A DNA stretch of 44,739 nucleotides, the filler included, from an uncultured virus (IMG/VR IMGVR_UViG_2049941000_000871) (lineage: Duplodnaviria; Heunggongvirae; Uroviricota; Caudoviricetes). It is 12 parts of one record of this genome, joined end to end, with 100 filler letters (N's around TTAATTAATTAA, not from the genome) between each part and the next. Parts side by side here need not be neighbours in the genome. Positions count along the whole stretch, not along the records: positions 35,150 to 39,716 come from IMGVR_UViG_2049941000_000871; positions 39,817 to 41,219 come from IMGVR_UViG_2049941000_000871; positions 41,320 to 43,127 come from IMGVR_UViG_2049941000_000871; positions 43,228 to 43,908 come from IMGVR_UViG_2049941000_000871; positions 44,009 to 44,739 come from IMGVR_UViG_2049941000_000871; 7 more parts are not named here. One strand, given 5' to 3'. A program made the translations under genes and the position numbers. The notes under the pieces are model-generated. The model worked only from the letters and a program-made list of their open reading frames with translations. It did no database searches and had not been told where the DNA came from. This document shows, in pieces, positions 37,501 to 44,739 of the stretch. Positions within the stretch are counted from its first letter, which is position 1. Each line of letters starts with the position of its first letter.

Positions 37501-40066
37501 AAATACGGAATTGCTTGCACAGAAGCATAGGCTCTTGGGAGATGCAGTTAAGGAAACAAAGGAAAAACTGGAGACCTTAAAGACGGCAGCTGAGCAGGCA
37601 GATCAGGCACTGAAAGATGGCACGATTACACAGGAACAATATGACGGTCTGCAGAGGGAGATTGCTGAGACAGAGGCAAAGCTGAAATCCTTGGAGGAAC
37701 AGGCAAAGAGTTCTGCAACGGCTCTTCAGGAAATCGCCGCAAAGGGTGAGAAGCTGAAGACGGTCGGGGATAATATCACGAATGTCGGGAAGAAGTTCCT
37801 TCCTGTGACAGGGGTTGTGGCTGGACTTGGTACGGCGGCGGTGAAAACAGCCGCTGATTTTGATTCTGCCATGAGTAAAGTGGCGGCGGTGTCCGGCGCG
37901 ACAGGCGCAGACTTTGATGCTTTAAGAGATAAAGCCCGTGAGATGGGATCCAAGACAAAGTTCTCCGCATCTGAGGCTGCGGAAGCCATGAACTACATGG
38001 CGATGGCAGGCTGGAAGACGGAGGATATGCTGGAAGGCATCGAAGGCGTCATGAACCTTGCGGCGGCTTCCGGTGAGGATCTGGCAACTACATCTGATAT
38101 CGTAACGGATGCGCTGACAGCTTTTGGACTTTCTGCATCTGATTCCGGCCACTTTGCGGATATCCTTGCAGCGGCAAGTAGTAATGCCAACACGAATGTT
38201 TCCATGATGGGTGAAACCTTCAAGTATTGCGCTCCAATTGCCGGTGCTTTGGGCTTCTCTGCGGAGGATACGGCGGAAGCAATTGGCTTGATGGCCAATG
38301 CCGGCATCAAGGGTTCTCAGGCAGGTACGGCTTTGAGGACGATCATGAATAACCTGTCCGGTGATGTGAAGATCTGTGGTTCTTCTATCGGAGAGGTGAC
38401 GGTGGCAACTACCAATGCTGACGGTTCCATGAGAGATCTGTCAGATATCCTGGCTGATTGCCGGACGGCGTTTGCTGGTCTGACAGAATCAGAGAAGGCA
38501 CAGGCGGCTGAAAGCCTTGTTGGTAAGAATGCGATGTCCGGTTTTCTGGCATTGATGAACGCCGGGGAAGGAGATATTGATAAGCTTTCATCTGCCATTG
38601 CGAACTGTGACGGAACGGCTGCAGGGATGGCGGAGACCATGCAGGATAACCTTGCCGGTCAGCTGACAATATTGAAATCACAGTTGCAGGAACTGGCTAT
38701 CTCTTTTGGAGAACTGTTGATGCCTGCGATCAGAACCATTGTCGGGTGGATCCAGAAGTTTGTGGACTGGCTTAATTCAATGGATGAAGGCACACGGAAA
38801 GTCATTGTTACGATTGCNNNNNNNNNNCACGACAGTGGTGAATGCGATTTCTACCTTCCTGAGTACGGCGTGGAACGGGATCAAAACCGCTATCACTACG
38901 GTGCTGAATGCTATTAAGACAGCGGTTACTACGGTCTGGAACGGCATCAAGAATACGATCACAACTATCGTGAACGCAATCAAAAATGCAGTCACGACAG
39001 CCTGGAACAATATCAAGACTGCCGTATCCAATGCGGCAAACGCGATCAAGACCGGCGTGACGAATGCCTTCAATGCTATGCTGAACGGCATCAAAAATAT
39101 CTGCGGAAATATCTATGGTGCGGTGAAGGGTGGCTTTGACAAGGCTATCGGCTTTATCAAGGGACTGGCATCGCAGGCGTTCCAGTGGGGCGCTGATTTC
39201 ATCGGCGGTATCGTGAACGGTATTAAGTCCATGATCGGTAAGGTCGGGGATGCAGTANNNNNNNNNNNNNNNNNNNNNNNNNNNNNNNNNNNNNNNNNNN
39301 NNNNNNNNNNNNNNNNNNNNATCCGGAGCTTCCTGCATTTCTCAGTCCCAGATGAAGGTCCGCTTACGGATTATGAAAGCTGGATGCCGGACTTTATCGG
39401 CGGTCTGGCGAAGGGCATTGAGAAGAGCCGGGGCATGATCGAGAATGCCATGAATGGCGTNNNNNNNNNNACTGGTGGCGGCGGCTATCGGTCCGGTGCT
39501 GATCATAGTCGGGAAAGTCATATCTGCTATCGGTACGATCATGACGATCATTCCGAAGCTGGCAGGCGTGATCAATGCGGCTAAGGGTGTAATTGCAGCC
39601 TTCAATGCGGTATGCGCAGCCAATCCATATGTGCTGATCATTGCGGCGATCGTGGCTCTTGTGGCAGCTTTCATTTATCTCTGGAATAACTGCGAAGAGT
39701 TCCGTCAGTTCTGGATNNNNNNNNNNNNNNNNNNNNNNNNNNNNNNNNNNNNNNNNNNNNTTAATTAATTAANNNNNNNNNNNNNNNNNNNNNNNNNNNN
39801 NNNNNNNNNNNNNNNNTGCTATGAACGGAGTGACTTCTGATCTGACCATTACTCCAAGAGTGATGGCAGCTCAGGGAGGCTATTCCGGTTCTGCTGCTTC
39901 AAGCGGAGATCTGATCTCCGGTATCAACATGGCACTGAATACGGCTTTGGCTGGGGGCGGTGCTGCAGGGGATATCGTGATCCCGGTTTATATCGGTGGT
40001 GACATGATCGATGAGATCGTGGTTACGGCTCAGCAGAGAATGAATTTAAGAAGTGGAGGCAGGTAA
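37501..40066 (+). CDS. Tail tape measure protein (TP901-like core), several mis-ordered fragments
   Basis: FDSAMSKV...TKFSASEAAEAMNYMAMAGW, Trp-spaced 11-aa-period repeats, FLHFSVPDEGPL. C-terminus ends at 40066. Confidence 0.88.
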
Positions 40067-40067
40067 G

Positions 40068-40405
40068 ATGGCTCATATGCAGTATCTTGTTTTTAATAAT
40101 GAGAATATCCCGATGCCTGCCTCTTATTCTGTGAGTTTATCGGATGTGGAGGCAGACAGCGGGGGTGTGACGGAAGCAGGAACCACGCAGAGGGATGTTG
40201 TCCGTGAAGGCGTGGTACAGATTGGGGTCACTTTCAGGGTATCGAAGAAGTGGCTTAATAAGTTTTCGGCGTATAAGAAGCTGGCAAGTATTACCGTGGG
40301 ATATATGGACACGGAGACCATGAACATCGTTAACACGCAGATGTATATTGACGGGTATCAGGTGAAGCTGGTCAGCGATACAAGCTATGGAAGCTTGTGG
40401 GAGGT
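40068..40405 (+). CDS. Distal-tail-position protein (3' truncated)
   Basis: First gene after the tape measure. Contains SGGVTEAGTTQRDVVREG. Confidence 0.6.
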
Positions 40406-40430
40406 NNNNNNNNNNNNNNNNNNNNNNNNT

Positions 40431-41219
40431 TCCACGGAAATCGAGCTGGGAACGGTGTATGCTGCGGAGATGGGAATATCACTTTTCTCCGAGATCAACA
40501 GGTACACGCTGGAAGATGCGAAGGTGGAGCTTTTCTATCATTTGCAGGTGGCTGGCGGTTCCTATGAAACGATCCCTATGGGAANNNNNNNNNNTTATAT
40601 CACTTCCCAGTGTTGCGGTTCCACGGAGATCGAGCTGGGAACAGTGTATGCTGCGGAGATGGGGATTTCTCTTTTCTCTGAGATCAACCGGTACACGCTG
40701 GAAGATGCGAAGGTGGAACTGTTCTATCATCTGCAGGTGGCAGGCGGTTCCTATGAGCGGATTCCGATGGGAATCTTTGAAGTATCGGAGGCGAACCGTA
40801 AAGTGAAGTGCCTGGAGATCAAGGCCTATGATTACATGGTGCGGTTCGAGAAGGCTTTTACTTCTCTGGAATCGATCGGCAATGCATATGACTTTATGGT
40901 GCTCTGCAGCACGGCATGTGAGGTGACGCTGGCTCAGGACAGGGCAACGATTGAGGCTTTGCCGAACGGATCAGAAAATCTGTCCATCTATTCTGATAAT
41001 GATATNNNNNNNNNNTACTTCCCTGGAATCAATCGGTAATGCATATGACTTCATGGTGCTCTGCAGCACGGCTTGTGATGTGGCTCTGGCTCAGGACAGG
41101 GGAACCATTGAGGCACTGCCAAACGGGACAGAGAACCTGTCCATCTATTCTGATAATGATATTGAGACATACCGCGATGTGCTGTTCTATGTGGGACAAG
41201 TGCTTGGCGGTTTTTTCGT
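40431..41219 (+). CDS. Tail-tip/baseplate protein fragments from two variants
   Basis: Duplicated STEIELGTVYAAEMGISLF and TSLESIGNAYDF segments. Also IPMGIFEV...IKAYDYM. Confidence 0.6.
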
Positions 41220-41319
41220 NNNNNNNNNNNNNNNNNNNNNNNNNNNNNNNNNNNNNNNNNNNNTTAATTAATTAANNNNNNNNNNNNNNNNNNNNNNNNN
41301 NNNNNNNNNNNNNNNNNNN

Positions 41320-42335
41320 AGTTGATTTTGAGAATGCGAAACTGTATGCGCTTTGCTATGCGAGCAACACTGTGACGATCAAACGTTACAGGATCCCGGT
41401 ATTCGATATCGGTCTGAATGAAAAGCTGGATGATTCCACGCTGACTTTAGAGGATACGACAGTTCTCCAGTGTAGCACCTTCCATTTCTACGGAAGCTAT
41501 ACACCGTATGGAATCTTTATGGATGGTGGTGATGGGTACTGGTATGGCTTTGCCAATCAGGGCAATTCCTCCGGCAGCGCAACNNNNNNNNNNTTCGCAG
41601 GGGAATGGAACAATTGCGGCGGTTGGTTTGACATCAAAACATGGTGGGGCTAATGCTTACGGATCTGAAGTGGCGGTGGACAGCACTCTGCTTCAGATTA
41701 AGAAGGTCAGCCTGGATGATGGGGATGGCTTCATCAATGATCTGTTCCGCTGTGTGACGGTGGATTTTGAGAATGCGAAGCTGTATGCGCTTTGCTATGC
41801 AAGCAACACTGTCACAATCAAAAGGTACAGGATTCCGGTATTCGATATCGGCCTGAATGAGAAGCTGGATGATTCTACGCTGACTTTGGAAGATACAACA
41901 GTTCTCCAGTGCAGCACCTTCCATTTCTACGGAAGCTATACGCCGTATGGNNNNNNNNNNATTGGAACTGGAAGATGTGAATACAGGTGTTGTGGAGACG
42001 GTATCGGAGACCAACATGGTCACCAATGCTGTCAATGATATTCTGGGCGTGAATCCGATGGGTGTCATGTATAAGGCCGGCGGTCAGTACGATGATTCCC
42101 TGACCTGGAATAATGAGCTGCTTCCAATTTGCCCGAACATGATCGGCGGCATCCTGCTTTTTCCGAGTTCAATTACGGAGCAGGCGGATAATCTTTATCT
42201 GCCTTCCACGAATCTGCCAGTGGCATATGCCAGTAATGATGTCAATGCCACGGCGAATACGAAGAGGGGAAGCATGAACCTTACGGAGAGTATGAAGCTG
42301 TCGGATGGGTTCAAGTTTGTCTGGGAGTTTACGCC
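41320..42335 (+). CDS. Putative tail/receptor-binding protein fragments (out of order)
   Basis: N-terminal ETNMVTNAV...SMNLTES...FVWEFT (41961-42335), then SQGNGTIAAVGLT (41595-41950). Duplicate at 41320-41583. Confidence 0.55.
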
Positions 42336-42345
42336 NNNNNNNNNN

Positions 42346-43035
42346 GTGTATTACACCACAGTTGCGAACAACGGTTATTCCGGCGATCTGGAAATCGCGC
42401 TGATTCCTGAAAGCTTCAGGAAGGATATCCTGAAAGAGACTGAGGATGCGAACGGCGTCATGGTGGAGGATTCCACGGTGGAGCCTGAGCATTTCGCCCT
42501 GCTCTTTGAGTTTTCCGGGGATAAGAAAAAGATCAGGCACTGCATGTATTACTGTACCGCTGCGAGACCTACGATCGAGGGCAAGACCAATGAGGATTCC
42601 AAGGAAGTCCAGACTGAGAAGCTGGAGATCACGGCGACTCCGCTTCCGAACGGACTTGTGAAGGTGAAGACTGGAGCGAATACTTCCGATGCGGTTTACA
42701 ACGGATGGTATTCGGGTGTTTATCAGACGGAAAGCGCTCAGGTATCGGCGGTTCTTACCGGTATCACAATCGGAAGTCTTCAGCTTACGCCTGCTTTTGA
42801 TGCCGGTACCACGGGCGGCGGTGACNNNNNNNNNNCCGTGAATGATGAGGATGCGGTATCTGCGACGGCGGCAAGCGGAACGGCGGTTACGATTCTGGTA
42901 AATGGTGTGGCTCATACCAGCGGCGATGATGCAACTTGGGAGAGCGGAACCAATACCGTGACGGTGATCGCAAGTAAGACCGGATGCACCAGCACGGCAT
43001 ATACCGTGACGGTGACAAAGAACGGACAGGGTTGA
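42346..43035 (+). CDS. Major tail protein, 3' part with C-terminal beta-sandwich (Ig/cadherin-like) domain
   Basis: VYYTTVANNGYSGDLEIALIP...FALLFEF...YCTAARP, then LTPAFDAG...GTNTVTV...YTVTVTK. Confidence 0.85.
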   Translation: MYYTTVANNGYSGDLEIALIPESFRKDILKETEDANGVMVEDSTVEPEHFALLFEFSGDKKKIRHCMYYCTAARPTIEGKTNEDSKEVQTEKLEITATPLPNGLVKVKTGANTSDAVYNGWYSGVYQTESAQVSAVLTGITIGSLQLTPAFDAGTTGGGDXXXXVNDEDAVSATAASGTAVTILVNGVAHTSGDDATWESGTNTVTVIASKTGCTSTAYTVTVTKNGQG

Positions 43036-43048
43036 TAAGTGTTTTTTA

Positions 43049-43070
43049 GGGCAGGGCTTCGGCTCTGCCC
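43049..43070 (+). terminator. Hairpin after the major tail gene
   Basis: GGGCAGGGC-TTCG-GCTCTGCCC with a UUCG tetraloop and a weak U tract. Confidence 0.55.
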
Positions 43071-43095
43071 ATTCTTATGATTGGAGGAAAGTGAA

Positions 43096-43127
43096 ATGGC
43101 ACTTACAAAGACAGTGAATATTGATGG
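43096..43127 (+). CDS. Tail assembly chaperone, 5' end (MALTKTVNIDG)
   Basis: GGAGG RBS plus ATG after the major tail gene. Logically continues at 35150. Confidence 0.7.
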
Positions 43128-43227
43128 NNNNNNNNNNNNNNNNNNNNNNNNNNNNNNNNNNNNNNNNNNNNTTAATTAATTAANNNNNNNNNNNNNNNNN
43201 NNNNNNNNNNNNNNNNNNNNNNNNNNN

Positions 43228-43908
43228 GAATGCGATTAGCACGTTCCTGACGAATGCCTGGAACGCAATTAAGAATACCGTGACTACGGTGTTCAATGCG
43301 ATAAAAACCTTTTTCACGACGATCTGGAACGGGATCAAGTCTGTTATTACGACCGTGGTGACAGCGATATCCACCTTCCTGAGTACGGCGTGGAATGGTA
43401 TCAAGACCGCAATCACAACGGTGCTGAATGCAATCAAGTCCGTGGTAACAACGGTCTGGAACGGCATTAAGACCACGATCACGAATATCGTGAACGGGAT
43501 CAAGAATGCAGTCACGACAGCGTGGAACAATATCAAGTCTGCGGTATCGAATGCGGCCAATGCCATAAAGAATGCTGTTTCCAATGCGTTCAATGCGATG
43601 CTGAATGGCATCAAGAATGTCTGCGGAAATATCTATGGCGCGGTGAAGAGCGGATTTGACAAGGCTATCAATTTCGTGAAGAACCTGGCATCGGAAGCTT
43701 TCCAGTGGGGCGCTGATTTTATCGGCGGTATCGTGAACGGTATCAAGTCCATGATCGGGAAGGTCGGGGACGCTGTTTCTTCAGTTGCGGATAAGATCCG
43801 GAGCTTCCTGCACTTCTCCGTTCCAGATGAAGGTCCTCTGACGGATTACGAGAAGTGGATGCCTGATTTTATAGGAGGCTTGGCGAAGGGTATTGAGAAG
43901 AGCCGGGG
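43228..43908 (+). CDS. Tape measure protein fragment, second variant
   Basis: Homologous to 38828-39460, with repeats such as AWNGIKTAITT. Confidence 0.85.
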
Positions 43909-44009
43909 NNNNNNNNNNNNNNNNNNNNNNNNNNNNNNNNNNNNNNNNNNNNTTAATTAATTAANNNNNNNNNNNNNNNNNNNNNNNNNNNNNNNNNNNN
44001 NNNNNNNNA

Positions 44010-44660
44010 GCTGTATGCGCTTTGTTACGCAAGTAATACCGTTACAATCAAAAGGTACAGGATTCCGATATTCGATATCGGTCTGAATGAGAAGCTGGAT
44101 GACAGTACACTGACCTTGGAGGATACGACGGTTCTCCAGTGCAGCACCTTCCATTTCTATGGAAGCTATACGCCGTATGGAATCTTTATGGATGGCGGTG
44201 ATGGGTACTGGTATGGATTTGCCAATCAGGGAAATTCCTCCGGCAGCGCAACGGTGCTCTGGATCAAGATCAGGAAGAGCGACTATACATTTACGGAAGG
44301 TCAGTGGACGCTTTCCAATGCAACGCTGATGACGATGGGAAGCTTCAAGGAGGGATCGAGTTATCCGTCCGGAAACAGAAGTGCTGTGGTAAGGAATGGA
44401 TATCTGTATGTGCCGTCTTATGACAAGACCGGTGTTTACAAGATTAACATCTCCAACAGCACGGATGTGACTCTGATCAGCCTGGGATTCACATCAACCA
44501 TGAAGTGTCTGGGCGAGACAGGAAGCTGTGATTGCTGCATGTCCATCATCAATGACATTATCGTGGCTTATGATTTTGAGATTGATGTGAATGATAACGT
44601 GATCGCAACATTTGCCGGGGAGAGATGCGGGAATGTTTCCACACCGTTCTTCCGGTATAA
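44010..44660 (+). CDS. Putative tail/receptor-binding protein fragment, third copy
   Basis: LYALCYASNTVTIKRYRIP...GGDGYWYGFANQGNSSG, as at 41342 and 41781. Confidence 0.6.
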
Positions 44661-44739
44661 NNNNNNNNNNCGGCGATGGGTACTGGTATGGATTTGCCAA
44701 TCAGGGAAATTCCTCCGGCAGCGCNNNNNNNNNNGCTGA

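Larger units (their letters stand above)
12633..44739. mobile_element. Siphovirus-type prophage (composite of at least 2-3 related variants); the 1-12.6 kb island is probably part of the same element
   Basis: Replication, packaging, head and tail modules are present. No integrase, att site or lysis genes lie inside the window. Confidence 0.9.

Noticed and set aside
38828..39240. 33-bp periodic repeats as a DNA repeat array
   Set aside because: They are the ordinary 11-residue repeats of the tape measure protein.
2402..43964. Recurrent palindrome TTAATTAATTAA as a biological repeat or CRISPR
   Set aside because: Always embedded in N runs. It is an artificial six-frame-stop linker between contigs.
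41320..44724. Diversity-generating retroelement (TR/VR pair) in the tail-tip gene
   Set aside because: Differences between copies are mostly synonymous third-position changes involving all bases, not adenine-specific, and no reverse transcriptase is present.

Overview
Low-GC Gram-positive DNA (Clostridia/Lachnospiraceae-like, inferred from gene content). The window is a fragmented, partly mis-ordered scaffold: contigs are joined by N gaps and 11 artificial N-TTAATTAATTAA-N linkers, and at least two (locally three) closely related variants of one prophage are interleaved. Left part (1-12.6 kb), a regulatory and defence island. A sigma-like HTH gene and a large ImmA/IrrE-type HEXXH metallopeptidase with a C-terminal HTH lie on the minus strand. 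Divergent from them, after re-joining split contigs, the genes read: Xre HTH, TcmP-like protein, radical SAM enzyme with a CX3CX3C motif, type III-like Mod and Res, an Swt1/HEPN-like fragment, a RecD-like helicase-nuclease fragment and a HEPN-like protein. Right part (12.6-44.7 kb), a siphovirus-type prophage. Its replication module has a family A DNA polymerase, DUF2815 SSB, DUF2800 nuclease, P4/D5 primase-helicase, VRR-NUC, SNF2 helicase and a DUF1492/RinA-like activator. Its packaging and virion module has HNH, TerS, TerL, portal, ClpP, HK97 capsid, head-tail proteins, major tail protein, frameshifted tail chaperone, tape measure and tail-tip proteins. Highlights: (1) an Lsa-family ABC-F antibiotic-resistance gene with its own promoter and attenuator, contiguous with the tail chaperone; (2) a pair of divergent bipartite motifs GACCGGAAAA-N14-CGCTTAGGAAG; (3) the TcmP/radical SAM/Mod/Res cluster under a metallopeptidase-HTH switch; (4) an iteron-type origin candidate; (5) a structured RNA candidate. 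No integrase, lysis genes, tRNA, rRNA or CRISPR array were seen. All family assignments come from motif recognition, not database searches.
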